Virus record (IMG/VR): IMGVR_UViG_3300030708_002914
Span: 1 to 30,436 of that record
DNA: 30,436 nt
Reading direction: 5' to 3' (one strand)
DNA from: a virus
Lineage: Duplodnaviria > Caudoviricetes
Shown here: in pieces, positions 15,601-24,398 of the stretch
Numbering within the stretch: the stretch's first letter is position 1
Layout: each line of letters opens with the position of its first letter
Notes under the pieces: generated by a model
What the model was told of the DNA's origin: nothing
What the model saw: only the letters and a program-made list of their open reading frames with translations
The model's database searches: none
Made by a program: the position numbers and the translations under genes

Positions 15601-18600
15601 TGAACCGGGAGCTGCTCCTGACTCTAATGTAATGGTAGTTCTTCTGCTCTTTCTAGGCTTTGGTGCGTCTTCATCATCGATCTCGATCTGTAACGGTTCT
15701 TCTCGACCTACAACAGATATGCCTAACCTTTGAGCTTTTTCTGCCGTAGTTTCCAGATCAAAAGCAATATTAATCTCTTTGCTCAGCTCCTCGTTTGACA
15801 ATGAAGATAACCTGAACTCTTCAGCCTTCTGGTCTTGGTATTGCAGAAGACCAGGGAATTTTCTATTAGAAATGCCGTATGCTACAAATTCTCTTATCAG
15901 CTGATCTGAGGTTTTTCCTTCTCTGATAACCTTTCCAGCGTCATCGATAACAGGAGGTATTGGCTCAAAGAGCTCATTGCTTCTTGGATCTCCAGACTTA
16001 TCTAATTTTTTGTAGGTATCCGGCAAAGACATGTTCTCTAGCAAAGACTTTAAAGAAACCCCATCGCCGAGCAGGACAGCTGCTTGATCAGTAACATTGC
16101 TATCATGACGTTGCATTTCTTCTCTAGAATCAAACCCTCTTTCTTTAGCTCTTCTTTCTGCCCAAGCATCTATGATCTGTTTTATAGCTTGAGTCTGATC
16201 TCCTCCTTGAGAAAAAGCTCTAGCAAGATCTTTAGCGATATCATCACTAGGCAGGTATTTGATTTCTGCCCCAGAGGTCGTATCACCAAAGTTAGCATTG
16301 ATGTATTTGCCCAGTGCGCTTTTTGTGGACTGAGACACTTCATAGTTATCTAGCCCTTCATCGAAGACAGTGTTTAGAAGATCGTCAACATTATCAAAGC
16401 CTAACCAATCATCCCTTTGCAGGGCTCTCATTAGGTCTCTTGATTCTTTAGTAAATACTAAAAGGTCTTGGGCTGTTAATTCGTTGAGAGGGATGCCGTC
16501 TACGCCATCGATCAAGCCTAAGTCTTCTATCTCTCTGGCAAGCTGATTTCTTGAGTATTCGTTAGCTGTTACTTGCTGGTAAGCAGGAGGCTCATCACCA
16601 AATTCTATTTGCCTCGGTTCTTGAACCTCTGGGCTATCAATTTGATCTTGGTCTCGCTCAGCTGCGCGAGTTGTCCGTTGAACTCTTCCTGTTCTAGGTT
16701 GCTGTGCAGATCCGACTGATCCAGATACTCCCTGTCCTGATTCCTCACCCTCGATGATTTTTCTGAATTCTGTTTCATAATCTGTTGGCTCCGATCTCGC
16801 GTTACCTACGCCGTGTAGCTTGTAAAGCTGCTTTTCTGGATACCAGATTATAGCTTGTAACGCACCCATGTTGATAGGATTGTTAGAATTAAAATCATTT
16901 ACTTTTTCTAAAGCTCTTTCCATGAGTCGGCGGATATACTCTCGTTCAGAGCCATTTTGAGGAGCTTGTTTTTCATCTTGCGATTTAACAAACGTATTCG
17001 AGGCAAGGTTCAATGTATTCTTTAGTTTGAATCCGCCTTTTGCATACTCACGCTGGACTTTTCTCGCGTAATCTTCGAGATATTCATCATCTTTCCTAAG
17101 CTGAACCCTGCCAATTCCATCCTTCTTTAGCTTTTTTCGGTACTCATCCCTAAGAGCTGTCTCTCTAAACTTATTTAACTGATATGGCTTTGTTCGATCA
17201 GCCTCTTTCATAAGCGATCCGGTTAGTCGCCCATACGTTCTCATGAACCATCGATCCATAGTTAAAGGATCATAGTTACCATTTAGGTTTTGATAGAAGC
17301 CCCCGCCTATTTTCGGTCCCAAAATAGCTGAGCCTTTGAGAACCGTCCCTTGCAATTCGCCAGATACTGTTAGGTCAAAGTTGTTTTTTAAGTCACGAAC
17401 AGTGATGTCTTCGTCCATAAACTTTCTGACACTGTCGATACCATCGGCTTCTATTAAGGCATTTAACAGCGCGAATGATTTCCTCATCGATGGACCTTCT
17501 TTCCCAGATCCAAATATAGTGAACTCATTGTTTTGCCTGTACTCTTCATACAGCCTAAAAGCATTGACCGAGTTTTCTGCGACAGTCGCACCGTTACTTG
17601 TAACCGCCATAATCGCTGTGAAAGCAAACTTAGGATTGGGGTCATTAGATCCTGCCGCGAGCTCTGGAAACTTTTGCGCTGCAAGTTCTAGCGCAGCTGC
17701 TACCTTCTGTTGATACCACTCTCCAGCATTGCCGTCTTGATCTAATGCCTGAAGTGCCTCATGAGTAATTAGATCCGATACGATCTCTACATTCTCATCA
17801 GTTCTCTCTGACAGATCTCTATCTGGATAAGCCTCTGCTGCTTTATTGTCGAATTCCCTAGCAACCTTAATGACAGTTGGTTGACCCTCAACGGGTCTGG
17901 GAGGCTCTCCTCCATAGAGAGTGGGAGTTGCGGTTAATTGTTGAGACTCTGAGGGAAGATCCTCAAAGCGTATATCTAGCTGCGTCTGTTCCTGTACAGG
18001 AGGTCTAGCGTCGAGCCTGTCTTGGTCTTGAACCTGTCCCGCCACTCCGGTATCGGAGACCCTTTGTCCAACGCCTCCCTCGCCAGTGAGTCCAGTTCCT
18101 CCTGGGTCAGGTATTTCTCCGCCTCTATCGACGGCTCGTGACCGAATGTCAGCTTGTACTCCTGAAGCGTCGGGCTCAGCTCCTCTATTAATAATTTCGT
18201 CTTCATTTCTTCGTATCTCTAGTCCGGTTAGAAAAGGCTGCTTGAAGATATGTTCCATCAAGCGGTACGCTTTCGGAGCCTTCCTTTCAAGTATAGCGGG
18301 AAAATCTACATGAAGCGCACCTAATTGAGCGAACACTTCCTGCTGCAAAAATGTATGTAAATCACGTTCTGCTGCTAGTGATTCTTCGTAAAAAGTCTGA
18401 TTGCCCCCGGTTTGCGGATTATCAAGACTAACTCTTTGCCTAGCTTCTCTGACTAATCGCCCGTACTGCTTGAACGGATAGGTAAACTGCAACCCAACTT
18501 CATCTCCCGATACATACAGGTCATACAGTTCTTGAATTATAGGTCCAAAGGTAACTTGAGGATCGGCTATATCGGCTTCGTTATTGGGATCAAACTTACC

Positions 18601-21600
18601 GTCAACCTCAAATGATTTTAGGAAAAAGGTGTAGTTCTTTTGATAATCAGCATGATGCATAAACTCATGCGCTAACACATGAATTAACTGCCTCGTAAGC
18701 TTGCCGTTTTGAAAGTCTGCAATCGCGTCATCAAACAACTTTGAGTTGACTACAACGGACTTTTCACTGGGATGGTATTGACCTCCTTTGGTTAAATTAT
18801 CTCTTACATAAATACCGCCGGAACTTTCTAGAAACTCACTAGGCATTCCTCGTTCTGCGAGCTCTAATATAGCGTGTGCAATTTCTGCAACACCATCTTT
18901 CTGGTCCAGATCAGAACCATCGTATCCCATGTATTCTGTTACAGACGGGAGCTTTGTAATTCTGTCATCGTCTCTTGGCTGTCTTCCAATGCCTTGTAGC
19001 ATCTTCATTAGCTTAGAAGCTGATCCAAACCCTCGCTCCATTCTGGTCTTGCCGCCACCAGCTTTGATGGATACCGTAGATCCTGTTCTATCGTTGATCC
19101 TGTTTATTCTTTGAGCAACCGTAAGATTTTCATCTTTACCAAGCGGACCTTGGGTTTCATTGTAGAAAGAAGCTGTTGGGTTTTCAGGGTCTCGAAGAGT
19201 GGTAGGAGCTGGTCGATCATCACCGAGCTCCATAAGAAGCGGTGCTGTATACCCTGCTTCGTTTTTAGTCAGGTTTTTAACGGTCTCTTCGCGAGAATAG
19301 CCAATAAACGAGTCTGTCTCAGCATCAACCCAGAGCTCTTGATCGCCGTCTCTAACTAGTTCTACGGTATAAGTGTTACCGTTGTCGAACGAAATTAAGA
19401 ACTGAGCTTCATTTTCTGGGTTTCTAGATACTTTAGGAGTGCCTACTGCATCAATGGCAAAAGCCTGTTTCTGATCGTCCGCCATCTTGAGCGCAGCAAT
19501 AGCGTCTTCTCTAGTGTCACCGAGGTCTTGATTAATCTCTACGTTGTCTCTGGGAGCGGCATTAAACCATCCGCCCCCTGCATCAGCCATATACTGACCA
19601 ATAAGGTAATCATTACCAGTATCAGGGAAGACAACTTTGGTTCTGTTAAAGCCAGCTCCTGCTTCAGGAGTTACTATCGGATCGCTGGGATCTACTTGTT
19701 TGGTGAATAGATTTTTTACCCGCTGAAAAAAAGAAGGCGCGGGACCATCAATTTGTTCTTTAATTCCAAGAACCCTTTCTCGAAGAATCGCAATGTTTTC
19801 GTCAAGGGTACGAGACTCAGGCTGAACTAGCTCTCCGGGATCTTCCGAGCCCTCTCGTCCATCATCCTCCTGAATAGTGCCTTCGCGTAACGACGCGAGT
19901 TCTCGCTCATCTGTTTCGGTTTGTCCGAGATCAGGAATTGCAGCTGTCGTTTCTGCTTCTCGGTCAGTTCCATCACTTTCTTTTCCATCAGATTTCCCAA
20001 ATATTTCGTCGAGTTCAGCTTCTTTTTCTTCTTCGGTTTTGTTTTTCCATTCTTCAGCTTTAAGTGCATCAGCTTCAGAAACCGCTCTTACAGAATCGCT
20101 GTACTCCTCTTCTGTAAGACTAAACTCTGGATCAGCTCCAGACAACTCGTTCGCAATTGAATCTTGATATCGTTGATCTTCATCAATCATATCTTGAATA
20201 GATCCCAGCATCGATTCAATGTGTCTTGTCTCAGCTGCGGTTAACTTTTCGCCAGAGATTGCTTTTTTAACAGCCTTTCGAGTCGCAACGCCTTCAGTAT
20301 TCTTCTTTAATGGCGCGGATTTTTGAGCATCTCTCCACCATTCTGATCGAGCAACCCAAGGAGTACGCCCCTTAGACTCCCCTTCGGGATCAACGATGCC
20401 TTTCCCGCCCATTGTTTCCCAGCCAGCACCATCCCTAGCCATGTCGCTTAATATTTCTGCGTTGTCTTGAACCTGTTGAGCTAAACTGGGCTCTTCCTCA
20501 ACAGCTGGCTCAGGTTCCGGCTCTTGAACTACTTGCGGATCAATAACCTGTTCTTCGTCAGTAACTGGGGGCAAATCAATGAGCCCTTCATCTGCATCTG
20601 GGGGTGGGAAAAGCTCCATAGCTCCTTCGTCCGTGATGCTGTATATAGAACCTTCTGCATCTAGATCTGCGCTAATAAGCTCCTGCTCTTCTAATGTATC
20701 TAAGAGCTCCTGAGCTTCTACAGGGGCTATGTCCATAGCGTTTGCCACATCATCTACCGATACATCACCTTGATTGACCACATCTAATGCAGCGTTTAGG
20801 CGTTGTTCTAAAACAGATTGAGTTGGCTCTGCTGTTTCTTGAGTTTCAGTGACAGGCGTTCTTGTTTCTTCTTCTCTTGGATCTGTTGTCGGCAGAGCTG
20901 GCTCGGTTTCAACTTGGTTTTCTACGCTGTCGTAGGCATCCATTGCTTCTTTTCTCAGTTGAGCCAACACCTGTTGCCGCAGCTGCTCTCTTTCTGGATC
21001 GAACTTCTGATCTGGTCCTGCTACTGCACCAATAGTTCCGCCTATGGCACTACCACCAATAACACCAGCAACAGCTGCGTGAAGGTAGGAAGACATTGCA
21101 TCTTCATTAGACAAATAATCGATGAATCTAGCTTGCTGTTCTTCAGGCAAGTTTTCCTTTGCCCAAAGTACAGAGGTTCTGGATAACCATTCCTGGGTTG
21201 CTTCTGTTATTCCTTCTCTGGCTGCACCTATTCCAAGTTCTTTTACTGCCGATCCGGTACGAGTTCTGGGGTTAGAAACCGACTCGTACATTTTCCTAAT
21301 ACGACCACGGTCCTTTATTGCTGCTTCAGACAAATAGTCTTTCAAACTATCCATGCTTTCATCAGGAAACATTTTTTTGAATGCTCTAAATGGAGCACCA
21401 ATAGTGTCTAATGCTCCCATAGCAATACCTAGTGCCATAGCAGCACCAGGATCTTCTAGACCAGTTTCTTCGTATATTCTCGCAAAGTTTTCACCAGTAC
21501 CCATGGTTGCGCTAGTTAAACCACCACCAGCTACAGCTCCTCCCTGACCCAAGAGCTTGCTTTTTGCAACGCCTGAAGCTGATTTACCGTAACGCTCCAA

Positions 21601-22176
21601 AACCATATCTCTGTATTCATCTCTCGCGAGACGCTGCGCTTGGGTGTTAGCTAGATCTTGGGCGGCATCTTGGAACTTATCTTCAATTCTTTGCTCAACT
21701 TTGTTAGCAAGCATTTTTTTAGCTGCTAGTTTTGCTGCCGCACCAGTTACACCACCTCCGGCAATTGTCGTAACAATTGAAGGCAAGACGTTTCCAAGGG
21801 TATAAGCAGTGAAATCAGCAAAATCACCAACACCTTCCCAATCATCCTCCCAGCTGACAGCTGGAGCATTCTCAGCTGCTTCATTCATCTGTTCTTGGTA
21901 ATAATCTAGACCCTCAGCAACCCACTCATCATTGCCAAATAAAGAACCTAACGCTGCTTTGGCTCCACCACCAATGAGACCCTGAGTCTGATCGATACCA
22001 GCACCAAATCCCTTAGCGAATTCTTCCGCTATGTATGTCTCATCGTCCTCTGGTGCGGGCTTTTGTCTTCTCTCTAACTCCTTATTCCTTTTATCTATCT
22101 CTCTAATAAAAGGATCGTCAGTTAGATAATCACGCTCATCTAAAAACTTATTGGGTTTTCGAGACTGTATTGGCAT
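12688..22176 (-). CDS. Giant polyvalent internal virion/ejection protein (3162 aa; wHTH, HExxH zincin-like, HhH-glycosylase-like, LPD38-like C-terminus)
   Basis: Uninterrupted ORF at the end of the ejection cluster. HEFMH at 18655-18669. GPKIG..FYQNL..D.WFMR..QAIIW domain at ~16820-17740. AKDLTVNFNRKG...YLFFNAAIQG followed by an LPD38-like region. Confidence 0.85.
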   Translation of the reverse strand: MPIQSRKPNKFLDERDYLTDDPFIREIDKRNKELERRQKPAPEDDETYIAEEFAKGFGAGIDQTQGLIGGGAKAALGSLFGNDEWVAEGLDYYQEQMNEAAENAPAVSWEDDWEGVGDFADFTAYTLGNVLPSIVTTIAGGGVTGAAAKLAAKKMLANKVEQRIEDKFQDAAQDLANTQAQRLARDEYRDMVLERYGKSASGVAKSKLLGQGGAVAGGGLTSATMGTGENFARIYEETGLEDPGAAMALGIAMGALDTIGAPFRAFKKMFPDESMDSLKDYLSEAAIKDRGRIRKMYESVSNPRTRTGSAVKELGIGAAREGITEATQEWLSRTSVLWAKENLPEEQQARFIDYLSNEDAMSSYLHAAVAGVIGGSAIGGTIGAVAGPDQKFDPEREQLRQQVLAQLRKEAMDAYDSVENQVETEPALPTTDPREEETRTPVTETQETAEPTQSVLEQRLNAALDVVNQGDVSVDDVANAMDIAPVEAQELLDTLEEQELISADLDAEGSIYSITDEGAMELFPPPDADEGLIDLPPVTDEEQVIDPQVVQEPEPEPAVEEEPSLAQQVQDNAEILSDMARDGAGWETMGGKGIVDPEGESKGRTPWVARSEWWRDAQKSAPLKKNTEGVATRKAVKKAISGEKLTAAETRHIESMLGSIQDMIDEDQRYQDSIANELSGADPEFSLTEEEYSDSVRAVSEADALKAEEWKNKTEEEKEAELDEIFGKSDGKESDGTDREAETTAAIPDLGQTETDERELASLREGTIQEDDGREGSEDPGELVQPESRTLDENIAILRERVLGIKEQIDGPAPSFFQRVKNLFTKQVDPSDPIVTPEAGAGFNRTKVVFPDTGNDYLIGQYMADAGGGWFNAAPRDNVEINQDLGDTREDAIAALKMADDQKQAFAIDAVGTPKVSRNPENEAQFLISFDNGNTYTVELVRDGDQELWVDAETDSFIGYSREETVKNLTKNEAGYTAPLLMELGDDRPAPTTLRDPENPTASFYNETQGPLGKDENLTVAQRINRINDRTGSTVSIKAGGGKTRMERGFGSASKLMKMLQGIGRQPRDDDRITKLPSVTEYMGYDGSDLDQKDGVAEIAHAILELAERGMPSEFLESSGGIYVRDNLTKGGQYHPSEKSVVVNSKLFDDAIADFQNGKLTRQLIHVLAHEFMHHADYQKNYTFFLKSFEVDGKFDPNNEADIADPQVTFGPIIQELYDLYVSGDEVGLQFTYPFKQYGRLVREARQRVSLDNPQTGGNQTFYEESLAAERDLHTFLQQEVFAQLGALHVDFPAILERKAPKAYRLMEHIFKQPFLTGLEIRRNEDEIINRGAEPDASGVQADIRSRAVDRGGEIPDPGGTGLTGEGGVGQRVSDTGVAGQVQDQDRLDARPPVQEQTQLDIRFEDLPSESQQLTATPTLYGGEPPRPVEGQPTVIKVAREFDNKAAEAYPDRDLSERTDENVEIVSDLITHEALQALDQDGNAGEWYQQKVAAALELAAQKFPELAAGSNDPNPKFAFTAIMAVTSNGATVAENSVNAFRLYEEYRQNNEFTIFGSGKEGPSMRKSFALLNALIEADGIDSVRKFMDEDITVRDLKNNFDLTVSGELQGTVLKGSAILGPKIGGGFYQNLNGNYDPLTMDRWFMRTYGRLTGSLMKEADRTKPYQLNKFRETALRDEYRKKLKKDGIGRVQLRKDDEYLEDYARKVQREYAKGGFKLKNTLNLASNTFVKSQDEKQAPQNGSEREYIRRLMERALEKVNDFNSNNPINMGALQAIIWYPEKQLYKLHGVGNARSEPTDYETEFRKIIEGEESGQGVSGSVGSAQQPRTGRVQRTTRAAERDQDQIDSPEVQEPRQIEFGDEPPAYQQVTANEYSRNQLAREIEDLGLIDGVDGIPLNELTAQDLLVFTKESRDLMRALQRDDWLGFDNVDDLLNTVFDEGLDNYEVSQSTKSALGKYINANFGDTTSGAEIKYLPSDDIAKDLARAFSQGGDQTQAIKQIIDAWAERRAKERGFDSREEMQRHDSNVTDQAAVLLGDGVSLKSLLENMSLPDTYKKLDKSGDPRSNELFEPIPPVIDDAGKVIREGKTSDQLIREFVAYGISNRKFPGLLQYQDQKAEEFRLSSLSNEELSKEINIAFDLETTAEKAQRLGISVVGREEPLQIEIDDEDAPKPRKSRRTTITLESGAAPGSAFNVDDEVRSEAHLADRINEKFTENVVDRYERWQTVEKAMAKALGVPRLPASMSFRDSENLMHSRVSEQLERFEEKHIAAIADLANKFDLSTDQIGMYLLAKHAAERNAETLRKEQERRAAKIVTLERQLEESVSDTQPEGSPSIAEKIETLQNAPFRHQETGSGMTDAEAALVLENAEKAGNKEQYEAIASRVYAMLDEMRQNMVDKGLLDEETRRDWESTYQFYVPLKGFLDQEGVYRASPRAKGFNIKGSESMKAKGRVTLPDNPLFVAFKDAEEKILRAEKNYASQKLLKLVQKFDAPEAWRVFTNRNRPDSKYDPTDPKTLDQMKREMREDDPAMPKYIQVKRGGQTYFIEIFDERLNRQLQDGNVAAFNQANEGIEYGLRVLRQFQNFRRNVIINWNPSWFFVNPIRDVETGLAFLLSEQTTPEGRVSGQKLIGKVMKGWAPSGKAYFDFKRGKQPKNEKQAEIFQYIKDFIEDGAPTGLATTKSLEEIQQSFQRTMPRQIGTDKFNIRIGAPGQAAAIRDNMLDWIEHANQGSENAIRISTYIEARKAGTPRLDAATLAKDLTVNFNRKGEASSAIDSLYLFFNAAIQGNVNIKNAIMAGGSAGKAGMAIATATAARKVAMGMVAFGFMRTIANVMLAGEDDDEEPKYADYNSHLLSSTMAITFADEAYGVPLAYGWGYFDNFGRIVAEQFMDVKTPAEGAVDLYKATAHHFSPRDLHAVNSEDDVIAQGWQAFSGLLPDVALFGTEQAMNVNFFGSPIVLPTPYTDDPASSVGKRGTLESFKWFAQTVNSITGGSMETKGLIDMSPDRLQHMFDFMLGGLGRFGTDAVDTAQKTVIPEGELKESDLPVLRKFAFNPSEYNDQFRYYDNRAEFKREMNRWENSDAEQRTKLVDRKSREYYLTLPNQLKAADRRLRKNRQEIKRLEGLENVDRTRRAEALKKLDEENQLIYDVFNKRYKKALGK
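16605..16778 (-). CDS. Candidate nested gene C (57 aa, +1 frame of giant gene)
   Basis: MKQNSEKSSRVRNQDREYLDQSDLHSNLEQEEFNGQLAQLSETKIKLIAQRFKNRGK. GGAG lies 10 nt before the ATG. Starts at the end of the glycosylase-like domain. Confidence 0.45.
   Translation of the reverse strand: MKQNSEKSSRVRNQDREYLDQSDLHSNLEQEEFNGQLAQLSETKIKLIAQRFKNRGK
17976..18206 (-). CDS. Candidate nested gene B (76 aa, +1 frame of giant gene)
   Basis: MKTKLLIEELSPTLQEYKLTFGHEPSIEAEKYLTQEELDSLAREALDKGSPIPEW... looks globular while the main frame is Gly/Arg/Asp low-complexity. Follows the HExxH domain. Weak SD. Confidence 0.55.
   Translation of the reverse strand: MKTKLLIEELSPTLQEYKLTFGHEPSIEAEKYLTQEELDSLAREALDKGSPIPEWRDRFKTKTGSTLDLLYRNRRS
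19827..19988 (-). CDS. Candidate nested gene A (53 aa, +1 frame of giant gene)
   Basis: MEKKVMELTEKQKRQLQFLISDKPKQMSENSRRYAKALFRRMMDERARKIPES forms amphipathic helices. The main frame here is an acidic linker. Confidence 0.4.
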   Translation of the reverse strand: MEKKVMELTEKQKRQLQFLISDKPKQMSENSRRYAKALFRRMMDERARKIPES

Positions 22177-22186
22177 GCTTTAAGCT

Positions 22187-23893
22187 CTATGGGGTCTGCT
22201 TGAGAAGTGCAGCGTCGTCTAAATACTTAATGAGCAGTGCATACGTTTCTTCTCTTTCTTTCTTGTCTGCTCCTTCAAGAACACCGTTTTCAAAAAACCC
22301 ATCAATTTTTGCCAGCTGATTTAGAGTCGGCTCTTTATTCAAAAGAGATTGAACAGTGCCCCCTCCGCCAGGAGATTGAGGTCCACGCATCCTGTTTGAT
22401 TGTCCTCTGCTGATATTGTTTCCTGTTCCAATCGAGTAACTAGGAACTTGTTCTCTAAGAGTTTCGGTAAGAGTTTGAGCTCTATCTACATAACCAATAC
22501 TAGAAGGTCCGTATAAAAGTTTTTTCCTGACTTCATTTTCTATAAAACGCTGTTCGCCAATTAGCTGACCGACAGTCATTCCTTTAAAGTCAAGATCAAA
22601 ATCTTCCCCTAGAGCTGTTGCATCCGCATCGCTTTCTCGACCATCTTGTAAGATAGTCAAAATCTCATTTACCTCATTCCTGACTGCCGTCTCGTAATTT
22701 TGAGGAGTGCCGAACTGGTCTATTTTCATCTGTGTTTCTGCTTTTTCTTTCAGCACAGGATCGGATTTAACGTACTCGACCATGGTTCGTCTGCCAGCAA
22801 TAGCTTTGATTCCATCTTCAGCCAATATGTCTAACGGTGCTGTTTGTGTCCCGTCCCTTCCAGCTGTTAGTGTCGGGAAATACATGTAGGTTTTGCCGTC
22901 AGGCATGCGTACTTCATTAGCAAGAGTCACGTTGAGAGCTACCGCTCCAGTGCCAGCTTGCCTCACGCCATTTACAATTTCACTGCCAACGATCTTTTGC
23001 TGTATATCGATGACATTGCTGTTGATGATTGTCCCTCCAACGAGGTGTGCAGGAGCGTTGGGGAAATCTTTGGATTTTCTTTCGTGCTTCGACAAATTAG
23101 GTTTGTTTGCCAAAGCAGGATCTAGCTTTATAACGCTTCCTATATACTTAGCCCTGTCAGTTCCAATGGTGTCACCTATTCCAGCGAGAGCCTCTGGGGA
23201 TAGGCGATCCTTAATCTCCTTACCAGAGGCAAGATTTTGAAGTGTTTCGTTGATACCCATTAGGTATCTTTCGCTATCTGGATTTAATATAGATCTAATA
23301 TTTAAATTAGCGTTTGGGTTAAATAGATCATCTTTTTCTCTCTCAATAATTTCTTCTATTTGGGCTGCGCTAACATTAGAGCCGTCTTGACTAAGCCTTA
23401 TTATGTTGCTCATTGTCACCGCATTTGCGCTCTCTAGCCTTTCTCTTTCAAGTCTGGCTGCTTCTTTTTGCCGGACCCTCAGCGTTTCTTTAGTTTCTAG
23501 TAATTGGTTTTCTCTTAGGTCAAGAGTGGCTTTCTCAACGGCAGTCATCTTTAAAGAACCGTCAGGGTTGTATTTGTTTTTTTCGTTCTGAGCTTTTAAT
23601 TGTGCGGTTTTAGCTCGGATTGACTCTGTATCAGCTTGGACTGCCGCTGTATCAGCCTTTGTCTTTAGTAACGCTTCTTGACGTTCCGCAGCTTCTCTTT
23701 CATTTTTACGTTGCTCTGCTCTGTCCGCGATTAACCCTTCTCGGTAAGCGCGATCCATGTCCAGCTCTTCTCTTCTGAGAGCTGCCTCTTCCTGCGACTT
23801 GTAAAAATCACTTACAAGACCAAACCCTTGGGCAAAACCAGAGCCAAAACCGCCCATTCCTGATCCCGCATAACGTCTGCTTCTAGTAGCCAT
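22187..23893 (-). CDS. Internal virion/DNA ejection protein (568 aa)
   Basis: N-terminal GFGSGFAQGFGL motif followed by a coiled coil. Lies in the ejection cluster. Confidence 0.7.
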   Translation of the reverse strand: MATRSRRYAGSGMGGFGSGFAQGFGLVSDFYKSQEEAALRREELDMDRAYREGLIADRAEQRKNEREAAERQEALLKTKADTAAVQADTESIRAKTAQLKAQNEKNKYNPDGSLKMTAVEKATLDLRENQLLETKETLRVRQKEAARLERERLESANAVTMSNIIRLSQDGSNVSAAQIEEIIEREKDDLFNPNANLNIRSILNPDSERYLMGINETLQNLASGKEIKDRLSPEALAGIGDTIGTDRAKYIGSVIKLDPALANKPNLSKHERKSKDFPNAPAHLVGGTIINSNVIDIQQKIVGSEIVNGVRQAGTGAVALNVTLANEVRMPDGKTYMYFPTLTAGRDGTQTAPLDILAEDGIKAIAGRRTMVEYVKSDPVLKEKAETQMKIDQFGTPQNYETAVRNEVNEILTILQDGRESDADATALGEDFDLDFKGMTVGQLIGEQRFIENEVRKKLLYGPSSIGYVDRAQTLTETLREQVPSYSIGTGNNISRGQSNRMRGPQSPGGGGTVQSLLNKEPTLNQLAKIDGFFENGVLEGADKKEREETYALLIKYLDDAALLKQTP

Positions 23894-23903
23894 TTGGTGT
23901 CAC

Positions 23904-24398
23904 CTAATCGAATAATTCGCTAATGAGATATGCAACGCCCAGCCCAATTGCGATTGGGGCAGCAATTGCTCCGAGTGTCCCGAGAAAACCTGAAGATCCA
24001 GCGGCTCCTGCTCCTCCGGCAGCTCCTCCAGCTCCAGCCCCAGCCCCTGCACCTGCTCCTCCAACACTCGCTGTTGTAGTGCCAAGAGTGTTTGGAGCCA
24101 AATTAGCAGCTCCCTCCAAGCCCTTGAGAACACTTATACCGCCTTCAGGAGACGTAGCTGCTAAAGTTTGAAGTGTTGCAGTACCACCGCCGCCAGCTCC
24201 AGCTGCACCAGCTGCGCTTTTGAGCCCGTACATAGCACCGATGCCACCACCAGTGCCTATCGTGTTCATTTTCTGAGCGAACTTTGCACTTTCTAATTGA
24301 GATCTAGCAGTGTTTTCTCGACTCTCAATATCGGCAGCGGCTCCGAAGCCTTGGACACCCTGTCTTCGCAAAACTCCACCAGCTTGAATTAGACTCAT
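23904..24398 (-). CDS. Gly/Ala-rich internal virion (pilot/membrane-spanning) protein
   Basis: Gly/Ala tracts and a C-terminal hydrophobic helix. Confidence 0.65.
   Translation of the reverse strand: MSLIQAGGVLRRQGVQGFGAAADIESRENTARSQLESAKFAQKMNTIGTGGGIGAMYGLKSAAGAAGAGGGGTATLQTLAATSPEGGISVLKGLEGAANLAPNTLGTTTASVGGAGAGAGAGAGGAAGGAGAAGSSGFLGTLGAIAAPIAIGLGVAYLISELFD

Noticed and set aside
17484-17684. 66-aa +1-frame ORF inside the giant gene
   Set aside because: It overlaps the conserved-looking glycosylase-like domain, has no ATG start and has a shadow-like composition. It serves as a reminder of the chance background for nested ORFs.
13384-21547. Many plus-strand ORFs antisense to the giant gene (e.g. 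15191-15733)
   Set aside because: Ser/Phe/Leu-rich antisense shadows without credible starts or motifs.
23900-24171. Alternate-frame and antisense ORFs over the Gly/Ala-rich gene
   Set aside because: By-products of GGN/GCN codon runs.
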